A DNA stretch of 64,000 nucleotides from Eledone cirrhosa (GCA_964016885.1 OZ024746.1:84816001-84880000), one strand, 5' to 3'; counted from the stretch's first letter, positions 1-14,248 are shown. Translations and numbers: made by a program. Notes: generated from the sequence alone by a model not told the origin.

Positions 1-31
1 TATATACATACATATATATATATACATATAA

Positions 32-91
<60 letters not shown>

Positions 92-126
92 GTATATGCA
101 TATATATATATATATGCATATATATA

Positions 127-195
<69 letters not shown>
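1..195. repeat. (TA)n microsatellite, representative of dozens of (TA)n/(CA)n/(GA)n arrays across the window
   Basis: Direct dinucleotide periodicity. Confidence 0.99.
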
Positions 196-199
<4 letters not shown>

Positions 200-411
200 T
201 AAAATAACAGATTAAAGTTTAAGCAAAGAATCGCTGCTTTCACCCTTAACGGGATCTTCTGATTCCCGTTAAGGGTGAAAGCAGAGATTTTTGCTTAAAC
301 TTTAATCTGTTATTTTAATAAATATTTGCTCTACGGTTCTTATATATTTGATATATATTTATCCTTATCGAGCCCTCTTTGGATTTTAGTCTTCAAATTT
401 ATTATTATTAT

Positions 412-414
<3 letters not shown>
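195..414 (+). mobile_element. TA-flanked asymmetric fold-back element, family A, short copy (HHR-bearing, Penelope-pLTR/retrozyme-like)
   Basis: Inverted arms ~195-254 / 264-323 with loop TCTTCTGAT, then a ~90-bp tail. Near-identical to the ends of the 28546-30197 element. (TA)n on both sides. Confidence 0.85.
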
Positions 415-461
<47 letters not shown>

Positions 462-759
462 CAATCTGCACTGGATTTCTTTCGTGAGAATTGAAAAACA
501 AAATGTGCATTCATTACATTTTTTCACTTCTTCTATCAGTATATCACTCTCTCACTGATTTATGAACTTTGAGACTGAATTTTCTCCCTTTAAAAACCTC
601 TTTTTTCTTTTTTTTTATGGTGGAGCACAGAAAAACTCAAAGCAATACATTTTCACTCGTCTATACATTTCAAATTATCGATTTTTAATGATATATTTAT
701 GACGAAAACTTTTGAAATTATTCTATAGTGATGTCTTACTATAGTCGGTTTCTCTTGAC

Positions 760-866
<107 letters not shown>

Positions 867-972
867 GTGTGTGTGTGTGTATAGATGTGGCCTTGTTGAA
901 GCTAGTTGAAGTTCAAGCTTAAGAATACACACACAAACATAGACATATACATATAAACATACAGACAACCCC

Positions 973-1035
<63 letters not shown>

Positions 1036-1089
1036 CCATAACACTAACATAGAGCATAGACTTATATATACATGTGTCTCCGCGTACAT

Positions 1090-1129
<40 letters not shown>

Positions 1130-1688
1130 CTTCCTTTCTACTTCCGTGAATTAACTAATCCTTCTCACCAATTAATTTCGTAATTAGTAAAATTGAGTAA
1201 TTGATTAATTAATTTACTAATTAAATTCACCTTCTTAATAACAGGAGTATATTCCAAATTGTCAGATTTTAGTCCATTACAGAAGAAACACGCACTCACA
1301 CGTACACATACATACAGACACATACAAATACAATCAATTATATATCTGCTCATCACCGTATAAGGTGTGTATGTACCTGAAATTACTCAGAGATTAATAT
1401 CTTCTGTGTTCAGCATAACTTTAATCGAGCGATATTTATTTAACTAATGGTATTTAGAAAAATATATAACTGCAATATCGTTACTCGGAATTTCATCGTT
1501 TATAGTACATTGGAATCGTGTCGTTCATTGTCCGTGAACATGTATCGATAGATCATGTTTTCTCAAGCTCCAACCGGCTATGGAAGTATTTCCTAATATC
1601 GAATCAGTTGACCAATACCTTGGGAGTGAAACCAGTAATAAAATAAGACAATAAAAATGTTGTTATATATATATATGCACACACACAC

Positions 1689-1785
<97 letters not shown>

Positions 1786-1786
<1 letters not shown>

Positions 1787-1850
1787 GTTGTAATGCTTTG
1801 GGAGAGCGAGGCTGCCAATAAAAACAGACGTTTCACTTCAGTTTTTCATT
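1786..1850 (-). mobile_element. Family E terminal fragment, degenerate
   Basis: TTGTAATGCTTTGGGAGAGCGAGGCTGCCAATAAAAACA resembles the reverse complement of 62425-62466; abuts (TA)n. Confidence 0.5.
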
Positions 1851-1999
1851 ACTTGAGTGAGTATTTCATTCATCGCTTAGTTTAATAACCGGCTGGTTGT
1901 TTAATTTTTAAATGATGTGAAAACTCGTTCGTCTTACATCCTGTGAATATCTCAGTGACTATCATTTTTATTTTGTAGTGATAGCAAATATATATATAT

Positions 2000-2193
2000 A
2001 TATCATAAAACATGTCTATAGAATCACCAGATAAAATATATACCATTTCCTCTCCCAATCTGGTGATTCTATAGACATGTTTTATGATATATAGCTCTGA
2101 TTATTTAACTTTTCATTGAGCCACAATGTGACCCGTTGCAAAACACGTATATGTATATATGTATATATATATATATATATATATGTAAACCTT
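2000..2193 (+). mobile_element. TA-flanked asymmetric fold-back element, family F, short copy
   Basis: Perfect inverted arms ~2000-2032 / 2058-2090, then a tail (AGCTCTGA...GCAAAACACG) whose reverse complement occurs at 51431-51495. Confidence 0.8.
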
Positions 2194-2297
2194 TATATAT
2201 ATATATATAGTTAAATATAAATGAAACAAACAAAACACAGGAGGCAATTTTTACATAATTAAATTAAGTTCACGCTTGGTGGAAGTGGTGGAGTTTA

Positions 2298-2325
2298 GAC
2301 GTTTCGGACAGAAGTCCTTCTTCAG
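2298..2325 (-). ncRNA. Minimal hammerhead ribozyme core within a TA-flanked element (~2210-2553)
   Basis: Minus strand CTGAAGA-A-GGAC-TTCT-GTCC-GAAAC-GTC; stem I not evident. Confidence 0.6.
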
Positions 2326-2924
2326 GATAGTTCGGATAAGCAGAGAAAAGATACACGTAAGAGTAATTAGAGAAGGTTAGTGTAGGAAATTAACAAAAAA
2401 AAAAAAAATAGGAGAAACAGGAGAGGGGCTCGAAAGGTCCAACCTCAAGGGCCAGGGTGAATGTTAGGGAATGAGATGGGTGTGGTTGTGCGTGTGTGTC
2501 GAAGGGGAGAAATTGGGAGATGTTCGTGGATTCGGTCTGTGTCCCAGAGTCTTTTATATATATATATACATATACATATATAAATATATATTGTGTGTGT
2601 GTGTGTGTGTGTGTGTGTACATTCATGCAATGCTTACATGAAATCATCTATACACCGAGGTTTAATTAAATAAACAGTAGTCGTTATATGTTACTATAAA
2701 TTAAAGCTGAAGAAATTAATAAAAGTTATGAAACCAGCCTAATAAATTTATGATTGGCTCTGATAAAATAGGTACACCGGACTTCTAAATATTCTCCACA
2801 GATTAATTCGACCATATATAGAACTAATTTCATACAAATTTGAGGAAGACTAAACACTACAAACATGCATACATACATTCATACATACATTCATACATAC
2901 ATATAGAAATACATACATATATAG

Positions 2925-3019
<95 letters not shown>

Positions 3020-3200
3020 AACACACACACATAAGTATATGTATATATAGATGCAAACCTCGTGGACATTTTTACAGAGATACTCCCAATTGTATAATTA
3101 TATACAGCCAAGTTCAAAACTTGTTGACATTTACAAAGAAATATGTATTTTCACATGAGCTATGAACATCCACATCCATTTTCTCTCTCCTACTCTTTTA

Positions 3201-3238
3201 ATATACATACATACATACATATATACATATATACATAT

Positions 3239-3271
<33 letters not shown>

Positions 3272-3295
3272 TACATATATATATACATACATACA

Positions 3296-3329
<34 letters not shown>

Positions 3330-3490
3330 CATATATACATATATACATACATACATACGTACATACATACATACATACATACATACGTACATATATACAT
3401 ACATATATACATATATACATATATACATATATACATACATACATACATATATACATATATACATACATACATACGTACATATATACATAT

Positions 3491-3521
<31 letters not shown>

Positions 3522-3761
3522 CATATATACATACATACATACGTACATATATACATATATACATACATACATACATATATACATACATACATACATATAT
3601 ATACATATATACATACATACGTACATACATACATACATACATATATACGTATATACATACATACGTACATACATACATACATACATACATACATGCATAC
3701 ATACATATATATGTACATACATACATACATATATACGTACATACATACATACATACATACA

Positions 3762-3795
<34 letters not shown>

Positions 3796-3905
3796 CGTAT
3801 ATACATACATACGTACATACATACATACATACATATATACATACATACATACGTACATACATACATACATATATACGTATATACATACATACATACGTAC
3901 ATACA

Positions 3906-3939
<34 letters not shown>

Positions 3940-3969
3940 CGTACATACATACATACATACATACATACA

Positions 3970-4003
<34 letters not shown>

Positions 4004-4400
4004 CGTATATACATACATACATACGTACATACATACGTACATACATACGTACATACATAAGTACATACTTACATATATACAGATACGTACGTACATACAT
4101 ACATTCATAAATACATACATACGTTACATACATACGTACGTTCATACATACATAAGTACATATGTACGTACATTCATACATACGTACATACATACGTACA
4201 TTCACACATACATTCACACATACATTCACACATACATACATACGTACATACATACGTACATACATACGTACATACATACATATATACATACGTACATACT
4301 ACGTTCATACATACATAAGTACATACATATCTACATTAACATACGTACATGCATTATATATTTATATATATATATATGTATACATACATACACACACGCA
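3201..4400. repeat. Long (TACA)n/(TA)n compound microsatellite
   Basis: Direct; source of the spurious 274-512 aa YIHT/MYVC ORFs. Confidence 0.97.
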
Positions 4401-4661
4401 TACATAAACACATACATACATGCATATATATATATATATAAAATCTTATATACACACAGAAGCACACATATTATCATACATACATATATACGTACGTATA
4501 TACCTACATACATTCACACATACATACAAACGTTCATACATGCGTACATTCATACATCCATACATACATACCTACATACATACATCCATACATACATACG
4601 CACGTACATATATACATACGTACGTACATACATAGGAACATTCATACAAACAGACACACAC

Positions 4662-4695
<34 letters not shown>

Positions 4696-4785
4696 GCTAA
4701 TATGTGTGCTTCTGTGTGTATATAAGATTTTATATATATATATACATGGATGTATGTGTTTATGTATGTGTGTGTGTATGTATGT

Positions 4786-4824
<39 letters not shown>

Positions 4825-4838
4825 AACACACACATATA

Positions 4839-4947
<109 letters not shown>

Positions 4948-5108
4948 TGAGAGATACTTAATGACACCGATAGAGGTAGCTGTCGTATGAAGATATAGAA
5001 ACATTGCCAAATAAAATCTCTTAAAATGAATAAAATACGTATTTGTTGACTTTTAGGCAGGAATATTAAATTAATCAATCTGGAAACATAATAAAGTTGC
5101 ATTCTATT

Positions 5109-5623
5109 TGGTAACTGAATGTGGTGGTGTTGGTGGTGGTGGTGGTGTTGGTGGTGGTGGTGGTGTTGGTGGTGGTGGTGGTGGTGGTGTTGGTGGTGGT
5201 GGTGGTGGTGTTGGTGGTGTTGGTGGTGTTGGTGGTGGTGGTGGTGGTGGTGGTGGTGGTCGTGGTGGTGGTGGTGATGTTGGTGGTGGTAACTGAATGT
5301 GGTGGTGGTGGTGGTGTTGGTGGTGTTGTTGGTGGTGGTGTTGGTGGTGGTGGTGGTGTTGGTGGTGTTGGTGGTGTTGGTGGTGGTGGTGGTGGTGGTG
5401 GTGGTAGAGGTGGTGGTGGTCGTGGTGGTGGTGGTGATGTTGGTGGTGGTAGAGGTGGTGGTGGTGGTGGTGTTGGTGGTGGTGTTGGTAGAGGTGGTGG
5501 TGGTGGTGGTGTTGGTGGTGGTGTTGGTAGAGGTGGTGGTGGTGGTGGTGTTGGTGATGGTGTTGGTGGTGGTGGTGGTGGTGTTGGTAGAGGTGGTGGT
5601 GGTGGTGTTGGTGATGTTGGTGA
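5109..5623 (+). repeat. (GGT)n/(GGTGTT) trinucleotide array with duplicated head GGTAACTGAATGT
   Basis: Direct; head motif at ~5110 and ~5288. Confidence 0.95.
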
Positions 5624-5806
5624 CTAAGAGAAGACATATAGCAATATATGTACATGTGTCTAGTAGAAGACATAGAGTGATATCATATGTATATGTGAGA
5701 TAATTGATATAATAGTTGCAAGGAGGACCAGACGCAGCAGATATGATTCATGTGATAGCAGACGTAGTGAGTGACTAAAGCAATACATAGCTCATATGAT
5801 GCAGGT

Positions 5807-5978
5807 AATAATTGTTTCTACTTTTGGCACACGGCCAGCAATTACCCCAGTGTATTACTGGTGCTTTATTTTATCGACTCCGTAAGGATGAAAGGCAAAG
5901 TTAACCTCGGCGGGATTTGAACTCTTTGCTGCAAAGCATGGTGTCCGACCCCCTACCGATACTGGCAATCCACCGCCC
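5807..5978 (-). mobile_element. tRNA-derived SINE (family S1) with internal deletion
   Basis: A box TGCCAGTATCGG, B box GAGTTCAAATCC, central GCCTTTCATCCTTACGG..TCGATAAAATAAAG, 3' end AAGTAGAAACAATTATT. Confidence 0.9.
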
Positions 5979-6110
5979 TTGATGCATATAATAATAACAG
6001 ATGTAATTGTAACTAAGCCAATATAAATACTACAACTGGTTGTTTGACTCGTAATCAATAATAAAAGTATAAATAATTTTATTGAATGAATTTTCTATTA
6101 TTATTACGTT

Positions 6111-6260
6111 CTCCAGCATAGTTACGTCCCTTTACGGTCTGAGTTCAAATCCCGTCGAGGTTAACTTTGCCTTTTATCCTTACGGGATCGATAACATAAA
6201 GTACCAGTAATGTACTGGGTAATTTGTTGGCCTTGTGCCAAAAGTAGAAATAATTATTAT
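6111..6260 (+). mobile_element. SINE S1, 5'-truncated
   Basis: B box, central domain and 3' end match the other S1 copies. Confidence 0.88.
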
Positions 6261-7049
6261 TCGCCATAGTGTTTGTAATCTCATTTTCTCTTTCCCAGTA
6301 GAGACAATAAGTATTTCGCCTGGTTAATCACAGGTCTAAATATTTTAAGAAAGAAGATTATCCATCCATTCATTTATTCAGCTGTTGTGATCCTATGAAG
6401 GATAAAGACGAAGCAATTATGCTGGTTTTAGCCCAACCTGTCCACATGGGTTAAGAGTGGTCAGGACAAGGTTCTCGCATGAGAGGATGATCTACATTTA
6501 AGATCAGTTTTATAAGAGCATAGTATATTCCAGGTTATAATTTTTTTATCACAACTCATTGAACCCAGAATAAAATGAATGGTGAAGTCGACCTCAGTAT
6601 GATTTGAAATCAAATTCAGTGACTTAATTGAAGCAAATGTGCTTGAGGGCAACGAGTCTAATTCTCTACTAGATTGACTATTTTCACCCCCACATCCTTC
6701 TGAATGGTGATAACGTTTTACTCCTTCTGCGTAATAGCACAAATGTATAGATCGTCATATTCTATCATAGACAAGTTTGAATCTAGCCAATCTGCCTTTG
6801 ATGTTGTAGTTTTGTATTTTTAATGAGTTAAATGCCGTTTGTATTCAGATACTAAAGCAAACATTTTTCAATCAACTGAATAGTTTTCCTTGGTCGTAAG
6901 AAGTATTGTTTCCAAACAAGGAATCAATACATTTAGCCGTTTACTGCAATATAATCAAATTAATATTTACATTTGAAATTGTGTCAAACATTATTGTCGT
7001 CGCTGTTATTGCTGCTATTGTTACTGCTGCTGTTGTTTTTGATGTTATG

Positions 7050-7240
7050 CTTGTTGTTGTTGTTGTTGTTGTTTATTCCAGGTCAGCCCCGACTGAACAG
7101 ATTTATGATCAAAGGCGTTACAGCCATAAACACTCACCCCACTCCTCTCTCTTGCAATGCGTATCGAGAACTACATTATCCAATTTCCTTGCAAGACGGC
7201 TGGGTTAAATTTGAGGAGTATTTGACAGCTATTTCTAGCA
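7050..7240 (-). mobile_element. Old retroposon 3' end with (AAC)n tail; diverged relatives near 17470, 35400, 37030, 42400, 46480 and 46790
   Basis: (GTT)n followed by CCAGGTCAGCCCCGACTGAACAGA..TATGATCAAAGGC..CAGCC, a motif recurring degenerately at the listed sites. Confidence 0.6.
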
Positions 7241-8040
7241 AATCAAACCAACACACTTCTCTTACACCAACGAAAATAGCCCTACTTTATCCTAACTTAA
7301 AATTTAAGGACTTTATTTGATCGTTCAAATGAAATCGATAATTCTATTTTAACATTTCACGTTGTTTCATACGACTAGACACAAAAGTACTGTTTATCTT
7401 GTTTTGTGGTGCAACGTTCCTGTCATTATCAATGACATATGTTGAGGATACCGTGACTTGTGGATAAGGAATTGAAACAGCGTCCCAATCTCGGGCTGCC
7501 AGTTAAGTACATAGCGCTCTAGGATACCCACTCTTCTATTAGCTATACTTTCAAGTAGTCAAGTATTTTACTTTAGAATTTCAGCTGTAATCTTCTGGCA
7601 GGAAAAATAGATGATCTCAAGCAATCTGAATCTTCTTATTGATACTACTGCATGGTGACCGTGATCTATTGATCCTTTTCTGATATGAAGATATTAAAAT
7701 GAAAGAAATTTTTCTCAGAACCATCAATAATATATAAAAATAAAAATAAGCCAAACTAAGAAATCTAAACATGCTTGTCGTGATTTATCTCTATATAGGG
7801 TGTATAATATATGTATGTATACCTTCTGATTCAACAGTTGTGACAATACATTATTGTTATCGATTCGACAAGGAGACTGCTGCAGATGGTCGAATGTCCT
7901 GCTAGAAAGAGGCGTACTAAAACATGTAGCCGTTGATACTTCTAAAAGAAAGGATGGTTCTGGCGGCATTAGCTTCAATCATAGATATCCTCGATCATAG
8001 TCGATCATAGACTCGATCAACAAACTATCATCATCATCAG

Positions 8041-8200
8041 GTGACGGAAAGTTTCATACATGATTCAAGTTGCTTCTCCCTGATTGAGCGCAAATTTAAC
8101 TTGCCACGGTTGGCGATGTTTCTTTTTGAAGAAATTCGTTTGATCTCTGCATCAATATTTGGGAAGTTACATCGATACAACAAAATCGGTTGCTATTGGT
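8041..8200 (-). pseudogene. Degenerate RTE-clade LINE fragment (post-RT region)
   Basis: Minus-strand translation NIDAEIKRISSKRNIANRGKL...MKLSV resembles the RTE motif IDxEIxxRIxKAxxAFGKL. Confidence 0.4.
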
Positions 8201-8319
8201 TACACACATTATCACATCATTGAAAAGAGTTGCTACTAATGACAAGGACGTACCTAAGACAGTTGATATACAAAAAACATTTTTAATGACTAAGTTATGT
8301 TAGAGGAAGAAAATAACAG

Positions 8320-8755
8320 ATGGATGAAAGACTTACACGAGATTTTGAGCCAGCCAGACTCTTGGACATTGACTCAAAACCATCAGTTGAACCCCTCGAA
8401 AAAAGAACTGGGGATACCACGGAGGAGAAAATACGGCAATCACTGAAGAAACTAAAGAATTCATTTGTGAAGCAAATCCCAGCGATTGCAGAATATTGTG
8501 GCCCTACATCAATTTCCTTACAGGGTCAGAATTTGCACCTGCCAGTCATACAGCTGACAAGGATTTCAATGTTATGGATACCGGATAAAGGAAGCAGGCA
8601 CAGGAGCCGATCCAGGAATACCTGGCACTGAAAATTCCAGGAGGACGTCAGACGCACAGGAATTAGCCAAATAAGTGTGGAGGGAACCACAACAGATCTA
8701 CCGTACTGGCGGACGTTTGTTGCCCTATGTGTCTCAAAGAGCGTAAGACCTAAGA
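8320..8755 (+). pseudogene. Internally deleted RTE-clade LINE relic
   Basis: TTEEKIRQSLKKLKN (pre-RT-like motif) joined to MLWIPDKGSRHRSRSRNTWH*..DLPYWRTFVALC (RTE C-terminal W-P-G-R-GRP-TW...W..V..LC pattern); contains stops. Confidence 0.65.
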
Positions 8756-9529
8756 GCTGCGAGTCAGTGGAACAAATACATTATCCATGATTTCTGAAGC
8801 TAGTGTTGGAAACCGAAGAAACTATCCTGCGACTGGAGCTTTGGTCTGAAGGCCCGCACCAGAGTAGAGTTTGCTAGAAATATTCAAGGACCAGGTGCAT
8901 GCAACATCAGCAACAACAACATCAATAATTAAGACGGAAACCCGAGAAAAGGCAGTGAAAATAATTGATGTCTATAGTAACATATTTCCAATATGAGGAC
9001 AAACATTTGAATATGCCTGTACGCCACCTTCCAGGTTTTAGGAGAGAGAAGCAAAACAAGGAAAGTAGGGGAAAGACCAAAGCTGTGGACAAAGAATAAA
9101 TCCTCATTAAGAAGTAAAACTAGAGTGGTTGCTCCTACATCAACTTTGGAGAGGCTGAATAGATAACAAGAGGCAATGTATGCTATAAAGTAGGCCTAAA
9201 AGAAACGGCATCTTCGAATAACATTAAATATAGTCAGCACTGTTGCAGGTAACGATACTCACAAAAGTTGTCGAAATCGTTTTGATTTCCAGTCGAGAGG
9301 TCATAGTGTCACACAGTACAATCTGTGTAAAAAAGTATATATGTCTGAATTTATACATACATACGTACGTATACACATACATACATACATACATGCATAC
9401 ATGCATAGATAGATAGATAGATACATACATACATACATACATACATACATACATACATACATACATACATACATACATACATACATACGTACGTACGTAA
9501 TACATACATACATATATATATACATACAC

Positions 9530-9750
9530 GTTCAGATACAAAACATATACACATGCACATATAACTCAAAACATACATCTCCACACATGCAATAATATCC
9601 ATACATACACACACATGCACGCATGCAGACATACATACATATCCACCTAGTAGATGTTGTTTAAATTCCAATGAGAGAGTATTTTGTCTATATTAGAAAC
9701 TGACTCTCTCTCTATTGGTAAAAATTTATAAAATTATAAAACCAGAAGCA
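9530..9750 (+). mobile_element. R4/Dong-like retrotransposon 3' UTR fragment in (TACA)n
   Basis: Matches 54050-54254 (AAATTCCAATGAGAGAG...CTCTCTCTATTGGTAAAA...AAAACCAGAAG); flanked by (TACA)n. Confidence 0.75.
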
Positions 9751-9808
9751 CACACATACATACATACATACATACATACATACATGCATACATACATACA
9801 TACATACA

Positions 9809-9842
<34 letters not shown>

Positions 9843-9860
9843 CATACATACATACATACA

Positions 9861-9894
<34 letters not shown>

Positions 9895-9904
9895 CATACA
9901 TACA

Positions 9905-9938
<34 letters not shown>

Positions 9939-10093
9939 CATACATACATACATACATACATACATACATGCATGCATACATACATACATACATACATACA
10001 TACATACATACATACATAGATACATACATACATACATACATACATACATACATACATACATACATACATACATACATACATACATACATACAT

Positions 10094-10222
10094 AGCTGGC
10101 ACCTTCAAAATTTGCAAAACATTCTTGCGATTCAAGGGATGACAATTTCTTTTCTTTTACAACCTTGCCACCAGGAAGGTGGCCGGTCAAAAAATATACT
10201 CAAAATTAAGAGAAAGAGAAAA
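10094..10222 (+). mobile_element. Second R4/Dong-like subfamily, extreme 3' end in (TACA)n
   Basis: Encodes AGTFKICKTFLRFKG*, homologous to NGTVKICKTFQKCCI* at ~53980-54028, but with a different 3' UTR; (TACA)n on both sides. Confidence 0.65.
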
Positions 10223-10437
10223 CATACATACATACATACATACATACATAGATACATACATACATACATACATACATACATACATACATACATACATACA
10301 TACATAGATACATACATACATGCATACATACATACATGCGTACGTACATACATACATACATACATACATACATACATACATACATACATACATGCATACA
10401 TACATACATATATACATACATACATGCATACATACAT

Positions 10438-10650
10438 AAAAATGTGTAAAACATTCCAGAAATTTAATATCGAATAACATATAGATATAAAAAAACATAT
10501 TTATACGTGGACATATATCTCAAAACATTTTGATCCGCACATGCAATAGTTGATGTTTTCTAAATTCCAATAAAAGAGTCTTCTTTCTGTGAGAGAAACT
10601 GATTCTCTCTCTATTGGTGAAAATAAAAAAAAAAAGTGTTAAAACCAGAT
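10438..10650 (+). mobile_element. R4/Dong-like 3' end, diverged, in (TACA)n
   Basis: AAAATGTGTAAAACATTCCAGAAA (KMCKTFQK) plus the 3' UTR motif CTCTCTCTATTGGTGAAA...AAAACCAGA. Confidence 0.7.
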
Positions 10651-10883
10651 CATACATACATACATATATATACACAGATAGATACATACACGGATACATA
10701 CATACATAGATGCACACGTACATACATATATACATGCATGCATGCATACACACACATACACACATAGATACACACACACATACATACATACATAGATGCA
10801 CACGTACATAGATATATACATACAAGCATGCATACACACATAGATACATACATACATACATATATACATATATATACACACAC

Positions 10884-10966
<83 letters not shown>

Positions 10967-11539
10967 CAGTGTGGGAGGTTATACAGTATGCACTAAATGT
11001 AAATATATTGTCTAATTTGTTTAGATATTTTGAGATTCTACATAAAAAAGGATTTAAATCGAATCTTATGTCTAACATTAATGTTTTGTCTTGATATTGT
11101 TGTTGTTGGTTATACTGCTGCTGTTGTTGGTAATACTGCTGCTGTTACTGCTTTTGTTGTTGGTGTTACTGCTGTTGTTACTGCTGCTGTTACTGCTGTT
11201 GTTACTGCTGTTGTTACTGATTTTTGTTACGGATGCTGTAGTTATTATTGTCATAATTATTTCTGTTGTTTGTCTAGATTTTCTTTGGAACGTACAAGGA
11301 AAGATATTTGTGTGAGAAAACAAAACAAAACAATGACATCACGTACACATAGACCACACACATGCACACACACACACACACACTCACACACACACACACT
11401 CACACACACACACACACACTCACACACACACACACAGACCACACAAACATGCACACATAGACCACACACATGCACACACACACACTCACACACACACACA
11501 CTCACAGACCACACAAACATGCACACATATAATACAAAT

Positions 11540-12020
11540 ATAAACATACTCAGACAGACACATTTAGCAATACATATGTATGTGCACACACAAACACACT
11601 CAAACACACCCACCCACACACAGTCCGCACACATGCACACACGCACACACGCAATGCAAATATAAACACACTCAGACAGACACATTTAGCAATACATATG
11701 TATGTGCACACACAAACACACTCAAACACACCCACCCACACACAGTCCGCACACATGCACACACGCACACACGCAATGCAAATATAAACACACTCAGACA
11801 GACACATTTAGCAACACATATGTATGTGCACACACAAACACACACACAGTCCACACACACAAAATATTTATATATATATATATATATAAACACACTCAGA
11901 CAGACACATTTAGCAACACATGTATGTACACACGCAGACACACACAAACACACACATGCACACACGTAATATATATATATATATCTCTCTATATATATAT
12001 AAACGCACTCAGACAGGCAC
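11540..12020 (+). repeat. ~122-bp higher-order tandem repeat built from (CA)n-derived sequence
   Basis: ATAAACACACTCAGACAGACACATTTAGCAA recurs at ~11540, 11662, 11784, 11886 and 12000. Confidence 0.85.
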
Positions 12021-12120
12021 ATTTATGCACACATATGTACGCACACACACACACACACGCGCGCACACTGGGGAACATAAAAGGAAGAACCAAACCAAAC
12101 GAAACCAAACCAAAGAAAAA

Positions 12121-12300
12121 TAATTGTTTCTACTTTAGGCACAAGGCCAGCAATTACCCAGTGTATTACTGGTACTTTATCGACCCCGTAAGGATGAAAG
12201 GCAAAGTCAACCTCGGCGGGATTTGAACTCAGATGGTAAAGGGACGTAACTATGCTGGAAAACATGGCGTCCGACCCTCTACCGATACTGCCAATCCACC
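12121..12300 (-). mobile_element. SINE S1, near full length, with 17-bp TSD
   Basis: AACCAAAGAAAAATAAT at 12108-12124 and 12301-12317. Confidence 0.93.
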
Positions 12301-13369
12301 AACCAAAGAAAAATAATATGTATTAGATATATATCAAAGGGTAAACAAAAATGTATATTGTTAAACAAAATGATGATGATGATGATGATGATGATGATGT
12401 CAATGGAGATGCTGCTGCTAATGATGATGATGAGGAGGAGGAGGAGATAAAATAAGAGGTTGAAGGAATAATGATTTCTATCATAGGGAAAAAACAACAT
12501 AAAAGTTGAATTAATTGTTTCTAAGAACTTGACTGGTTCTTGTTCAAGCCAGCCAGGAAGCTAGAAATATCAGTCGAATTTTCCGCAAAAAATATCATGC
12601 CGTCCGTCTCAAAAGAGCAAAAGAAAAAAAAATGTGCCATTGCATAACGTAGTCCCAGGCTGATGTAACACGATATGGTGGCCACGTTTGGAAGTTTTTG
12701 AATATTCATCGATTTGATTAAATCTGGGTGCTAAATAAACAACAGTAACGTTGAAAACAGATTTTCGTTTATAATAATTTGTGTAGCTTCGATAGTCTTA
12801 ACTATCACGGTCGATAAAATAAAGTACCAGTCAAATACTAGACAAGATTTGCTCATCTCCTAAACTCCTAAAATTGCTGGCATTGTGCTTAAATCATAAA
12901 TCATTATTTCATTTAGCTGAAAATACCTCTTCAGATTGAAAAAACTCTCCACCCCTGCTCTTTCGGAATCCATTGTTGAACAAGTCAGGTCTCAAGGCCA
13001 GGCATTCGCTCTAGAAATAACACCCTCCCACCAGTCTTGGGCACATTGAAAGAGACCATGGACGCTGGCATTCCTTGTTAGTTGTTACACTTAGTATATA
13101 GTTTCTTAATTCACATCCATTTTAGCAAGATATCCAAGAATAAAACCAGCAGAATTCCGAATTATTGAAAAGTTATGTAGATGTATATAATAAATAATAT
13201 TTCATGACAAATTTCGAGGTTAATAATCCCATTAAAACATGGTTTAATCATTTCAGTTGATACGACAATACACTTGACAATTGTTTAGCGCATCACAATT
13301 ACAATCATCGCTATGATCCATGAGCAATAGATAAATATACGAAAACCCAATGAAATGAACCAAATACAC

Positions 13370-13409
13370 ACACACACACACAAATATACAGATGCACACG
13401 CATACATGT

Positions 13410-13471
<62 letters not shown>

Positions 13472-13491
13472 CACACCCACACCCCCACCCA

Positions 13492-13525
<34 letters not shown>

Positions 13526-13552
13526 AATATACAGATGCACACGCATACATGT

Positions 13553-13597
<45 letters not shown>

Positions 13598-13790
13598 CAC
13601 ACCCACACACCCACACACACACATACACACACACACACACACACACAAATATACAGATGCACACGCATACATGTAAAACACACACACACACACACACACA
13701 CACCTACACCCCCCCCCCCACACACACACACACAAATATACAGATGCACACGCATACATGTAAACACACACACACACACACACATATTTA
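13370..13790 (+). repeat. Tandem higher-order repeat: CAAATATACAGATGCACACGCATACATGTAAA plus (CA)n, four units
   Basis: Motif at ~13381, 13524, 13646 and 13732. Confidence 0.9.
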
Positions 13791-13968
13791 TATATATGAT
13801 ATTTTCTGGTAGTCTGGTAGTTAAGAACTTTGCTTTACAGTCATATGAATTCGGATTTAATCCTACTGCGCGGGACATTAAACAAGTATCTTCTACGGTA
13901 GTCTTGAATTAACCAAAGCCTTGAGTGGGTTGAAGGAGACAAAGGAAGCCCCCAAAAATATATATATA

Positions 13969-14067
13969 CAAGGTGTCCCCCAAAAATATATACACACTTT
14001 GATTACCTGTACAGGAAATATATATTAGAATGCTGTTGATGTGTGTATACATTTTTTGAAGACACCC

Positions 14068-14069
<2 letters not shown>
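13969..14069. mobile_element. Tc1/mariner-type MITE (~100 bp)
   Basis: Imperfect ~30-bp TIRs CAAGGTGTCCCCCAAAAATATATACACAC / GTGTGTATACATTTTTTGAAGACACCCTG in a TA context. Confidence 0.7.
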
Positions 14070-14116
<47 letters not shown>

Positions 14117-14117
<1 letters not shown>

Positions 14118-14246
14118 CGGACCGAGGAAATAACGTGAAATAAAGTGTCTTGCTTAAGGACATAACGCATCGTCCGGTCCGGGAATCGAACTCACAACTT
14201 CACGATTGCGAATCCAATTCTCCAACCACTCAGCCACGCGCTTTCA
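14117..14246 (-). mobile_element. CORE-type tRNA SINE (family S2), 5' part
   Basis: Minus strand GCGCGTGGCTGAGTGG (A box), GAGTTCGATTCC (B box), TGTCCTTAAGCAAGACACTTTATTTCAC (CORE-like). Confidence 0.8.
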
Positions 14247-14248
14247 CA

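Noticed and set aside
3131-4700. Long ORFs (up to 512 aa) of YIHT/MYVC repeats; likewise 32929-34302, 43566-44995 and 49470-50348
   Set aside because: Stop-free translations of (TACA)n/(TA)n/(CA)n microsatellites, open in several frames on both strands.
5104-5703. His/Pro-rich or Gly-rich ORFs resembling structural proteins (also 24403-25008)
   Set aside because: Pure (GGT)n array with no signal peptide, splice context or codon diversity.
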